Source: Anaerolineae bacterium (lineage in GTDB: Bacteria > Chloroflexota > Anaerolineae > CG2-30-64-16). From it: a stretch of DNA of 64,000 bases. Position numbers and translations under genes: made by a program. This document shows positions 18,505 to 26,839 of the stretch, piece by piece. Under the pieces are notes generated by a model that did not search any database, was not told the DNA's origin, and worked only from the letters and a program-made list of their open reading frames with translations. Each line of letters starts with the position of its first letter. The stretch's first letter is position 1. The DNA is taken from assembly GCA_026645775.1 (NCBI GenBank), contig JAPKMS010000040.1, positions 20,406 through 84,405 on the forward strand, read 5' to 3'.

Positions 18505-19602
18505 ATGCGAGGTGGAATCTTGATCAGCGAAACTCGTCTAGTTGAAACTTTCCTTGACCTGGTTGCCATTGACAGCCCTTCCGGCCACGAAGAGCCGATC
18601 AGCAAGAATCTGGCCCGTCGCTTCACCGAGCTCGGCGGCGAGGTGGAGCAAGACGAGCATTGGAATCTGATTGCCCGCTTCCCGGCCGACCGGGGCGATT
18701 GGCTGATGCTCAGCGCGCACATGGACACCGTCGGGTTGGACACCGGTATCAAGCCGGTGATCCGCGACGGTGTGATCTACTCCGACGGCACGACGATCCT
18801 GGGCGGCGATGATAAGTCCGGCGTCGCCGCGATCCTGGAGACGATCCGTTCGCTGCGGGAAGCTGACCTGCCGCACCCACCCCTCGAGGTCGTCATCAGC
18901 GTGAGCGAGGAGGTTGGTCTGCGCGGGGCAAAGCTGCTGGACAAGAGCAAGCTGCGGGCGCGGCGCGGCTACGTGCTGGATGCCGGGGGTCCTATCGGCG
19001 TCATCGTCACCAATGCGCCCAGCCAGGATTCGCTGGAGATCAAGGTGCACGGCAAGAAGGCGCACGCGGGCAGCGAGCCGGAAAACGGCATCAATGCGAT
19101 CCGGGTAGCAAGCGAAGCCATTGCGGCAATGCCGTTGGGCCGCATCGACTTCGAGACGACGGCCAACATCGGCATCATCCAGGGCGGCGTTGCTACCAAC
19201 ATCGTGCCCGATGAGGTTTACATCAAGGGCGAGGCGCGCAGCCGGGACAACCTCAAGCTGGCGACCCAAACCGCGGCAATGGCTGCGGCGTTCCAGGACG
19301 CGGCGGAGCGCTATGGCGCGCACATCGATCTCAAGATCAAGCGCGCATATTCCACGTTCAAGCTGGCCGATGATCATCCTGTGGTCGCGGCCGCGGCCGC
19401 TGCGGCCCAGCGGCTGGGCCTCACGCCGATCATCAAAGGCAGTGGCGGCGGCAGCGATGCCAATATCTACGCGGAGTCTGGGGTCGAATGCGCGGTGCTC
19501 AGCACCGGCATGGCCAACGTGCACACGCCGCAAGAGCAAATCGCGATCGCCGACATGGTCGGCGCGGCGCGGCTGTTACAAGAGATCGTGGTTGAAAGTT
19601 GA
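18505..19602 (+). CDS. M20 family metallopeptidase (peptidase T / tripeptidase-like)
   Basis: SAHMDTVG and GGDDKSGVAAILE motifs. The true start may be the TTG at 18529 behind AGGTGG. Confidence 0.8.
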   Translation: MRGGILISETRLVETFLDLVAIDSPSGHEEPISKNLARRFTELGGEVEQDEHWNLIARFPADRGDWLMLSAHMDTVGLDTGIKPVIRDGVIYSDGTTILGGDDKSGVAAILETIRSLREADLPHPPLEVVISVSEEVGLRGAKLLDKSKLRARRGYVLDAGGPIGVIVTNAPSQDSLEIKVHGKKAHAGSEPENGINAIRVASEAIAAMPLGRIDFETTANIGIIQGGVATNIVPDEVYIKGEARSRDNLKLATQTAAMAAAFQDAAERYGAHIDLKIKRAYSTFKLADDHPVVAAAAAAAQRLGLTPIIKGSGGGSDANIYAESGVECAVLSTGMANVHTPQEQIAIADMVGAARLLQEIVVES

Positions 19603-19655
19603 GGATTCAAGGTTGAAGGTTGCAGTTCACACCTTCAACCTTGAACTTTCAACCA
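19589..19655 (+). repeat. AAGG/GAGG-rich tandem-repeat hairpin element overlapping the M20 gene stop
   Basis: Left arm ggttgaaagttgaggattcaaggttgaaggt, loop tgcagttcac, right arm accttcaaccttgaactttcaacc. Confidence 0.45.
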
Positions 19656-19669
19656 AAACGGAGGTCATC

Positions 19670-20695
19670 ATGTCCCATCCACTTCCCGTGATGTTCGTCC
19701 ACGGCTTCAACGGTGATCCAGGCGATTGGACTGATGGGGGGTTCCGGCAGTATCTGTTGGAACACGGCGGCCTGGACCCGGATTTGGTGCGCATCTTCCG
19801 CTATGGCTTGGCGGAGGATGGCACTTACAACAACCGCGGCGACCTGCGGCGGATCGCGGCCAGGTTGGCCGGCGTGGGGCTGACCGACGCGGAGCGCCTG
19901 ACGTGCAGCGTCGATCAGCTCAGCGCGGACAGCGTCGCCAGGGGCGGCCCGAGCCACGTCACGCTGATCGCACACAGCCTGGGCGGCATCATCAGCCGCT
20001 ACTACCTGGCTCAGGCCGCGCCCGACACGTTCGGCACGCACTACCGCGGCAACGTGGGCCGGCTGATCACCATCGGCTCGCCGCATCGCGGGGTGGATAC
20101 GTTGGAGCTGACCAAGCTGGCGCCGCGCAATTCCGTGGCCTGGGGCTTCGTCCGATTGCTGGAAAAGCTCGGTTTGGCTCCGGCGCTGCCCGCGCAAGCG
20201 ATCGACGCGTGGGAAACCGCATTGGACCAGAGCCAGCGCGAAGCGCGTGAGAAGCTGGCGGAGGGGCCGCTGCCCGAAAGCCGCGTCCTGTTGACCGATT
20301 CGCCGATCCCGGAGCAGTTGGCGCCCGATAGCCCGCTGCTGGCCGGATTGAACCAACCGGGTTCGCTGCCGGCGAACATCGACGCGCACTGCGTCTACGG
20401 TGATATCCGCTTGCGCGTGCGCGTCTTGCTGGGGGCGGGCGGCGTCTCACTGCTGGATCATGCAGTCAGCTTCGGGGATCTGGCGGTGCCGGCCCGCAGT
20501 GCGCGGGAGATCCCCGGCGCAACGTCCACGCCGCACGAGTACAGCACCGAAAAACTGATTGAGCTGACGCTGCGATTTGGCCCGGCCGCGACCGAGTCCC
20601 GCTCGCTGGCGGGTTTCTTCCCCGAGACCCAGCATGGCCGGTTGTTATCGAATCCGGAAGTTCAGGATGGGGTGTTGGCGTTGTTGAATGACTGA
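19670..20695 (+). CDS. alpha/beta hydrolase, lipase/esterase-like (PGAP1/DUF676-like)
   Basis: Start ATG at 19670 behind GGAGG. VMFVHGFNGD and AHSLGG nucleophile motifs. The ORF-track entry 19121..20695 is an upstream read-through. Confidence 0.7.
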   Translation: MSHPLPVMFVHGFNGDPGDWTDGGFRQYLLEHGGLDPDLVRIFRYGLAEDGTYNNRGDLRRIAARLAGVGLTDAERLTCSVDQLSADSVARGGPSHVTLIAHSLGGIISRYYLAQAAPDTFGTHYRGNVGRLITIGSPHRGVDTLELTKLAPRNSVAWGFVRLLEKLGLAPALPAQAIDAWETALDQSQREAREKLAEGPLPESRVLLTDSPIPEQLAPDSPLLAGLNQPGSLPANIDAHCVYGDIRLRVRVLLGAGGVSLLDHAVSFGDLAVPARSAREIPGATSTPHEYSTEKLIELTLRFGPAATESRSLAGFFPETQHGRLLSNPEVQDGVLALLND

Positions 20696-20704
20696 GGGGA
20701 AGAA

Positions 20705-21394
20705 GTGAAGGCATTCGGTGTCGTCTACCGGGCGATAATCAGTTTGGGGCGCGAATTCTACCTGTTGAGCGGCCTGAGCCTCTTGTGGTGGCTGTTGGGC
20801 GGCTTCTTTGCCGGTGTGTCCGCGGTGCTGGTGTATATCATGTTCATGGCGGGCGGGCCGTGGTGGCTCATGCCGCTGCTGGCCATCCCCGTTGGCCCCG
20901 CCACCGCGGCCCTGGCAGTGGTAACCCGGCGCTGCACCCGCAATCGTGCGGCCGACCGGGGGATTTTTATGGAGGGCCTGCGCACTTATTGGCGCATGGC
21001 GCTGGGGATCAGTGCCGTTGGCATGGTCGGGATCGTGCTGGTGCTGTTCAACCTGGTCTTTTACGTCTCGCGTTCCAATGTATATCTCCAGGTCTTCGGG
21101 CTTTTTTGGCTCTACCTCGCTTGCTTCTTGATCGCGACACAGATGTATGCGTATCCGATCCTGGTAGGCATGGAAAAGCCGTCGACGTTGGGGGCGCTGC
21201 GCCTCGCGCTGACGGCTGCTTTTGGAAACCCGTTCTTCTCAATTGTCTTGGTGCTGATGGCCGCGGCCTTGACCGCGGTGAGCGTTGTCGTGGTGATCCT
21301 GCTCTTCTTTGTCTGGCCAGCGCTGATGGCGCTCCTGGATGAGCACTCGCTGCGGCTTTTCTTGGAACGGGCCGGGGTGAAGCTGGAAGACTAA
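20705..21394 (+). CDS. polytopic membrane protein (DUF624/YesL-like?)
   Basis: Six hydrophobic helices. Family assignment is tentative. Confidence 0.45.
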   Translation: MKAFGVVYRAIISLGREFYLLSGLSLLWWLLGGFFAGVSAVLVYIMFMAGGPWWLMPLLAIPVGPATAALAVVTRRCTRNRAADRGIFMEGLRTYWRMALGISAVGMVGIVLVLFNLVFYVSRSNVYLQVFGLFWLYLACFLIATQMYAYPILVGMEKPSTLGALRLALTAAFGNPFFSIVLVLMAAALTAVSVVVVILLFFVWPALMALLDEHSLRLFLERAGVKLED

Positions 21395-21412
21395 AAGGCC
21401 ACGGTCGCGGTT

Positions 21413-22438
21413 CTATGTGAACAGTTTGGTAATCTCATCTGCGGCAAAAATTGGCCACCGCGTCGGCCGGCCGTCGCGTAAGGCCACCAGCCCTTCAGCC
21501 GCGGGCGTGATTTTTCCGATCTGCACGGTCGGATATCCGGCTGCGGTCAATGTCCCGGCCAGGCGTGCGGCGTCCCCCGCGGCTGCTGTCAAGATGATCG
21601 CCCCGGAGGCGATCGTTCCCAGCGGGTCCAGCCCGAACTCGCGACACAGCACCGCGCTCTCCGCCGGGATGGGGATGGCATCCAGATCCACTGCCAGCCC
21701 GGTCCCAGCCGCCCGCGCCACCTCCAGCAGGCCCGTCATCACACCGCCCTCTGTGGGATCGTGCATCGCATGCACCGGGGCCGTTGCCAGCGCTAACTGC
21801 GCCGGCGCCACCACGCTGATGCCCGGCTCGTGCAGATAGCGCTGCGCCGCGGCGATGAATGCCGGGCTGTAGCCCCGCCGGCGCAGCTCGTCGCTGCGTT
21901 CCAACGCAATCAACGCCGTCCCCTCGATCGGCGCGGGCTTCACCAGCAGCACGGCGTCGCCGACGCGCGCACCGGCGGTGGTGATCAGCCGCTCCTTCGC
22001 CACCTCGCCCAGCATTGTGCCTGAGATGATGGGCCGGCTCAGACCGACGGTGATCTCGGTGTGGCCGCCCACCAGGCTCACCCCCAGCGCGTCACAGGCA
22101 TGGGCGATCTGGGCGAAGATGCGTTCGGCCATCTCCGCGGTGGCCTGGCCGGCCGGCAGCAGCACGGTTGCCAGGAACCAGCGCGGGGTCGCACCCATCA
22201 TGGCGATGTCGTTGGCGTTGACGTTAACCGCGTACCAGCCGATTTCGTCCGTGGCAAAGGTGATGGGATCGGTCTTCGCGACCAGGTAGCGGTCGCCGAA
22301 GTCGAGCACGGCCGCGTCCTCGCCCGCACGCGGGCCCACGACGATGCGCGGGTCGCGCGGGGTGAGGCGGGTCAATAAGCTTTCGAGCAAGGCCAAGGGC
22401 AGTTTGCCGGCGGGCAGAAGATGCGTGTGTTCGGTCAT
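21413..22438 (-). CDS. AIR-synthase-related (PurM superfamily) protein; possibly ThiL-like
   Basis: VVGPRAGEDAAVLDF and AVNVNANDIAMMGA N-domain motifs. Start at ATG 22438 (MTEHTHLL). The 439-aa ORF-track version reads into the intergenic region. Confidence 0.7.
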   Translation of the reverse strand: MTEHTHLLPAGKLPLALLESLLTRLTPRDPRIVVGPRAGEDAAVLDFGDRYLVAKTDPITFATDEIGWYAVNVNANDIAMMGATPRWFLATVLLPAGQATAEMAERIFAQIAHACDALGVSLVGGHTEITVGLSRPIISGTMLGEVAKERLITTAGARVGDAVLLVKPAPIEGTALIALERSDELRRRGYSPAFIAAAQRYLHEPGISVVAPAQLALATAPVHAMHDPTEGGVMTGLLEVARAAGTGLAVDLDAIPIPAESAVLCREFGLDPLGTIASGAIILTAAAGDAARLAGTLTAAGYPTVQIGKITPAAEGLVALRDGRPTRWPIFAADEITKLFT

Positions 22439-22541
22439 ATGGGATGCCAGTATAGCCCGCACGCGCTCACCTGTCAACGCCGCTTTTCGTTTCGTGCATG
22501 TCAGAGTATAATCTCGGCACAAATGAGTTCTTGAGGTTAAG

Positions 22542-23075
22542 ATGAACAAACGCTCTTCCCCAGCCATGATTGCCCTGATCGCCGTGCTGATTGCCCTGGT
22601 GACCGTCTTTACGCTGCTCGTGCGTGTGCCGACGCCCGCCAAGGGGTACGTTAACCTATCCGATGTGGCGATCACTTTCGCCAGCCTGATCTTTGGGCCG
22701 TGGGCCGGGCTGGTGGCCGGGGGCGTGGGCACGGGCCTGGCCGATATGTTGGGCGGCTTCGCACCGTTTGCGCCGCTCAGCCTGGTGGCGCACGGCCTGG
22801 AAGGCTTGCTGATTGGTCTGTTGAGCCGCGGGCGGCGCGCGGTCGGGTGGCTGGTGGTGTCGTGGCTGGCCGGTGCGGTGGCGATGGTGGCCGCGTACCT
22901 GGTCGGCGAAGGCTTGTTCTACACCGGTTGGCCGCCGGCGTTGGCTGAACTGCCCATGAACGCCTTCCAGGCACTGATTGGCGCGGCCGTCGGCATCCCG
23001 CTGGTTCTGGCCGTGCGCGGAGCGTATCCGCCCATCGATCGCATCGGCCACCGGAGCACTTGGACCGAGGAATGA
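22542..23075 (+). CDS. ECF-transporter-type substrate-specific (S) component (ThiW/HmpT-like)
   Basis: 177 aa, five to six TMs. The pattern VRVPTPAKGYVNLSDVAITFASLIFGPWAGLVAGGVGTGLADMLGG is typical of S components. Confidence 0.6.
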   Translation: MNKRSSPAMIALIAVLIALVTVFTLLVRVPTPAKGYVNLSDVAITFASLIFGPWAGLVAGGVGTGLADMLGGFAPFAPLSLVAHGLEGLLIGLLSRGRRAVGWLVVSWLAGAVAMVAAYLVGEGLFYTGWPPALAELPMNAFQALIGAAVGIPLVLAVRGAYPPIDRIGHRSTWTEE

Positions 23076-23887
23076 ACCAGCGCGTGGCCGACTGCTCCGC
23101 TCGTCCGATGATCGAGGTGCGCGATCTGACGTTCGCGTACGCCGATCAGCCGCCGGTCTTCCGCGGATTCTCGTGGACTGCGGCCGTGGGCGAGGCGTGG
23201 GCGGTGATCGGGCCTTCGGGCTGCGGCAAGAGCACGTTGCTCTACCTGGTGGCCGGTTTGCGGCAGCCGACGGGGGGGCAGGTGTTGGTCGAAGCCCGGC
23301 CGGTGCCGCGGCCGCGCGCCAGCACGGGGTTGGTGCTGCAGGATTACGGGCTGCTGCCGTGGGCTACGGTGTGGGAGAACATCGCGCTGCCCATGCGTCT
23401 GGGACAGTTCTATCGCGACAAGAAGACGCTCGACGCAGAGCCGCGTCCCTACCCGCAGCCGGATCTCACCCCGGCCCAGGTGGATCGCTGGCTGACGCGG
23501 CTCGACATCGCGGTTCAGCGCGACAAGTATCCCAGCCAGCTCAGCGGCGGTCAGCGTCAACGCGTGGCCATTGCCCGCAGCCTGCTCCAGCAGCCCAACT
23601 TGCTGCTGCTGGATGAGCCCTTCTCATCGCTGGACGCGCTCACTCGCGAGGATTTGCAGCGGCTGACGGTGGAACTGCGCGCCGAGACGGACGTGACAAC
23701 CGTGGTGGTCACGCACAACATCGAGGAGGCGGTCTATCTGGGCCAGCGGATCCTGGTGCTGGGCAAAGCCCCCAACACGGCGGCGCGCATCATTGAAAAT
23801 CCGGCCGCGTGCGTCCCGGAATTCCGCGGTCAACCCGCCTATTGGCAGCAGTGCGCGGCGCTGCGCGCGGCGCTGGCCGCGGGGTGA
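23060..23887 (+). CDS. ABC transporter ATP-binding protein (NitT/TauT family)
   Basis: Walker A GPSGCGKST, signature LSGGQRQR and Walker B LLLLDEP. Overlaps the S-component gene. Confidence 0.85.
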   Translation: MDRGMNQRVADCSARPMIEVRDLTFAYADQPPVFRGFSWTAAVGEAWAVIGPSGCGKSTLLYLVAGLRQPTGGQVLVEARPVPRPRASTGLVLQDYGLLPWATVWENIALPMRLGQFYRDKKTLDAEPRPYPQPDLTPAQVDRWLTRLDIAVQRDKYPSQLSGGQRQRVAIARSLLQQPNLLLLDEPFSSLDALTREDLQRLTVELRAETDVTTVVVTHNIEEAVYLGQRILVLGKAPNTAARIIENPAACVPEFRGQPAYWQQCAALRAALAAG

Positions 23888-23902
23888 GGAGCAAGGTGGA
23901 CG

Positions 23903-24652
23903 ATGCGTCGGCGTGATCTGGCCCTGGCGACGTTGGTCTTGCTGATCGGCTGGCAGCTCTTGGCCTGGCTGATCCATCGCGAGGTGCTGCCCGGGCCGTG
24001 GGAGGTGGCACAGGCGTTCGCGCGGGCGCTACTGGCGCGGCGGGGGTTGGGTTGGCATTTCCTGGTCAGCGCCTGGCGGGTGGTCATCAGCATCGTGATC
24101 TCGATGCTGTTGGCGGTGCCAGCGGGCCTGATCCTGGGCCAGAGCCGGGCCTTGGATCGGTTTTTCGGCCCCATGATCTACATCGTGTACCCGATCCCGA
24201 AGATCGTCTTCCTGCCGGTGATTTTGCTGCTGCTGGGCCTGGGCGATCGCAGCAAGATCTTCATCATCTGCCTGGTGCTGTTCTTCCAAATCCTGGTGGT
24301 GGTGCGGGATCAGGCGAGCGCGCTGCGGCCCGAGCTGATCTACTCGGTGCGGTCGTTGGGCGCGGGCCGGCGGGCGCTGTTCCGTTACGTCTACCTGCCG
24401 GCGACCGTGCCCGCGGCGCTTACGGCGCTGCGCGTCAGCGTCGGCACAGCGATCGCTGTGTTGTTCTTTGCTGAGTCGTTCGCGACCACCGCGGGATTGG
24501 GCTACTACATCATCGTCGATAGCTGGGGCCGGCTGGCCTATCCGGATATGTACGCCGGCGTGATGGCGATGAGCCTGCTGGGGCTGTTGCTCTATTTTCT
24601 GATCGACCGGCTCGAGCGCCGGCTGGCGCCGTGGATGTTTGTGAAAGATTAA
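23903..24652 (+). CDS. ABC transporter permease (NitT/TauT family)
   Basis: Six TMs and an EAA-like loop. Confidence 0.8.
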   Translation: MRRRDLALATLVLLIGWQLLAWLIHREVLPGPWEVAQAFARALLARRGLGWHFLVSAWRVVISIVISMLLAVPAGLILGQSRALDRFFGPMIYIVYPIPKIVFLPVILLLLGLGDRSKIFIICLVLFFQILVVVRDQASALRPELIYSVRSLGAGRRALFRYVYLPATVPAALTALRVSVGTAIAVLFFAESFATTAGLGYYIIVDSWGRLAYPDMYAGVMAMSLLGLLLYFLIDRLERRLAPWMFVKD

Positions 24653-24663
24653 GGAATCGACCC

Positions 24664-25386
24664 TTGGCCAAGAATCCATCCGTCCTACCCTCCACATCTG
24701 AAAAGCGGTCCTACGTCCGCCAGATGTTCACGAAGATCGCACCGCGCTACGATCTGATGAACCGGTTGATGGCGCTCGGCCGCGACCAGGCATGGCGGCG
24801 CACCGTCATCCGGCTGTGTGCGCTGCCCACCGGCGGCCGGCTGCTGGATGTGGCGACCGGCACCGGCGACATCGCCTACGAGGCGCAGCGCCAGGATCCC
24901 ACCCTCCGCGCGGTGGGCATCGACCTGACGCGCGAGATGCTGGTGTACGGCCAGGAAAAACAGCCGGCGGTGGGCCCGGCCCTGCCCTTCATCGAGGGGG
25001 ATGCGCTGGCGCTGCCGTTCGCGGATGACACCTTCGATGCAGCCTGCTCAGGCTTCATGATGCGCAACGTCGTGGATATCCGGTCCGCTTTTGCCGAGCA
25101 GGCGCGCGTGGTGAAGCCGGGCGGCCGGGTGGTCTGCCTGGAGATTTCGCTGCCGAGCACGCCGGGTTTTAGCCAACTGTTTCGGCTGTACTTCTTCAAG
25201 CTGGTGCCGCTCATCGGTGGGCTGATCAGCGGACAACGGGAGGCCTACACCTATCTGCCGAACTCCGCGGTGCCGCTGCCGCGACCGGCTGCGCTGGCGA
25301 AGACCATGGAAGCCGTGGGGCTGCGTGACGTCCACTATCGCATGGCGATGCTGGGCACGGTGTCCATCCACTGGGGAACCAAATGA
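24664..25386 (+). CDS. ubiE: demethylmenaquinone/ubiquinone C-methyltransferase
   Basis: MFTKIAPRYDLMNRLMALGRD and SAM motif LLDVATGTGD. Start ambiguous: TTG at 24664 behind AAGGAA, or ATG at 24631. Confidence 0.85.
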   Translation: MAKNPSVLPSTSEKRSYVRQMFTKIAPRYDLMNRLMALGRDQAWRRTVIRLCALPTGGRLLDVATGTGDIAYEAQRQDPTLRAVGIDLTREMLVYGQEKQPAVGPALPFIEGDALALPFADDTFDAACSGFMMRNVVDIRSAFAEQARVVKPGGRVVCLEISLPSTPGFSQLFRLYFFKLVPLIGGLISGQREAYTYLPNSAVPLPRPAALAKTMEAVGLRDVHYRMAMLGTVSIHWGTK

Positions 25387-25970
25387 AACGCTTGATCATC
25401 GGCATGTCCGGCGCGTCCGGCCAGATCTACGGCATCCGAATGCTGGAGATGCTGCGGGATGTGGCCGAGGTGGAGACGCACCTCGTGATGAGCCAGGCCG
25501 CGCGCATAACCATCGCGCAGGAAACGGACTATGACCCGCGCGCGGTCGAGGCGTTGGCTGACGTCGTCTACCGGCCGGGTGACATCGGCGCCGCGATCGC
25601 CAGCGGCTCATTCGCGACGGCCGGCATGATGGTTGCGCCGTGCAGCATCAAGAGCCTCTCGGCTATCGCGCACAGCTTCGATAGCGACCTGCTCAGCCGG
25701 GCGGCCGATGTGCAGCTTAAAGAAGGCCGGCCTGTGGTGTTGATGGTGCGCGAGACGCCGCTGCACCTGGGCCATATCGAGTTGATGGCGCAGGCGGCGC
25801 GCATCGGATGCGTCATCTTCCCGCCGGCGCCCGAGTTCTACAGCCGGCCGCAGAGCGTGGACGACATCGTCAACGCCACGGTGGGCCGCGCGCTGGCGCG
25901 GATTGGGTTGGAGAATGCGCGCTATTACCGCTGGCCCGGCATGCGTGAGGCTAATCCCAAGCAACCATGA
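25383..25970 (+). CDS. ubiX: flavin prenyltransferase UbiX
   Basis: MKRLIIGMSGASGQIYGIRMLE and strong conservation throughout. Confidence 0.9.
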   Translation: MKRLIIGMSGASGQIYGIRMLEMLRDVAEVETHLVMSQAARITIAQETDYDPRAVEALADVVYRPGDIGAAIASGSFATAGMMVAPCSIKSLSAIAHSFDSDLLSRAADVQLKEGRPVVLMVRETPLHLGHIELMAQAARIGCVIFPPAPEFYSRPQSVDDIVNATVGRALARIGLENARYYRWPGMREANPKQP

Positions 25971-26005
25971 CCAGAATTTGCCAGATGTTTTTTCTGGGTG
26001 GTTTG

Positions 26006-26039
26006 TGCTATACTACTCCGGGTGAATGATTGACCCGGC
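26006..26039 (+). promoter_or_regulatory. extended -10 promoter (TGcTATACT) plus small inverted repeat ccgggt-N9-acccgg upstream of the parA-like gene
   Basis: Sequence pattern only. Confidence 0.3.
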
Positions 26040-26068
26040 TCAGGTGATAGGAAGGACCAGCAGTCTTC

Positions 26069-26839
26069 ATGGGCGTCATCATCGCACTGGCCAACCAGAA
26101 AGGCGGCGTCGGCAAAACGACGTCCACCATTAACCTGGGCGCGGCCCTGGCCGAGCGCGGCCTTCGCGTCCTCGTGGTCGATCTGGATCCCCAGGCCGCA
26201 CTCTCCCACGGGCTCGGCATCCAGGCCGAAGATCTGTCGAATACCATCTACAACCTGCTGGTGGACCCCGACCAGGATGCAGCCAAGGCGCTGCTGCCGG
26301 TGCGCAGCGGGATGGATCTGTTGCCGGCGAATATCGACCTGGCCGCGGCCGAGATCGAGCTGGTGTCCGCGCTCAGCCGAGAGTCGCTTTTGAAGGACGC
26401 GCTGGCGCCGTTGCGGCCGCGTTACGACTTCATCCTGATCGATTGCGGGCCGAATCTGGGGTTGCTGACGCTCAACGCGTTGACCGCGGCCGATGCGGTG
26501 CTGATTCCGTTGCAGTGCGAGTATTTTGCGTTGCGGGCGCTGACGATCCTGCTGAAGACGGTGACGCGCGTGCGCGCCCGGCTGAACCCCAATCTAGAAG
26601 TGGCCGGCATCCTGGGCACGATGTATCAGACGGGCACTCGCCACGCCGAGGAAGTGTTGGGCCAGGCGCGGGCCTTATTTGGCCAACGGGTGTTTGACAT
26701 CTACATCAAAAAAAGCATCCGGTTTGCCGAGGCGTCGGCCGTCGGCAAGTCGCTGTTGGAATATGCCCCCGATCACGAGGGCGCTCATGCTTATCGAGCT
26801 CTTGCGGAGGTGATCATCCATGACTACAGCCAGAAGTAG
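26069..26839 (+). CDS. ParA/Soj-family P-loop ATPase
   Basis: Deviant Walker A KGGVGKTT and full ParA-fold similarity. Confidence 0.85.
   Translation: MGVIIALANQKGGVGKTTSTINLGAALAERGLRVLVVDLDPQAALSHGLGIQAEDLSNTIYNLLVDPDQDAAKALLPVRSGMDLLPANIDLAAAEIELVSALSRESLLKDALAPLRPRYDFILIDCGPNLGLLTLNALTAADAVLIPLQCEYFALRALTILLKTVTRVRARLNPNLEVAGILGTMYQTGTRHAEEVLGQARALFGQRVFDIYIKKSIRFAEASAVGKSLLEYAPDHEGAHAYRALAEVIIHDYSQK

Noticed and set aside
19121-20695. A 524-aa ORF treated as one gene.
   Set aside because: Its N-terminal 183 aa lie in a different frame over the M20 peptidase gene. The hydrolase starts at ATG 19670 behind GGAGG.
22439-22541. Possible TPP or other riboswitch upstream of the ECF S-component gene.
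   Set aside because: The conserved TPP aptamer blocks (CUGAGA … ACCUGAUCUGGAUAAUGCCAGCG) are absent. Only a TATAAT-like -10 box and an RBS were seen. An Rfam scan would be needed to exclude other riboswitch classes.
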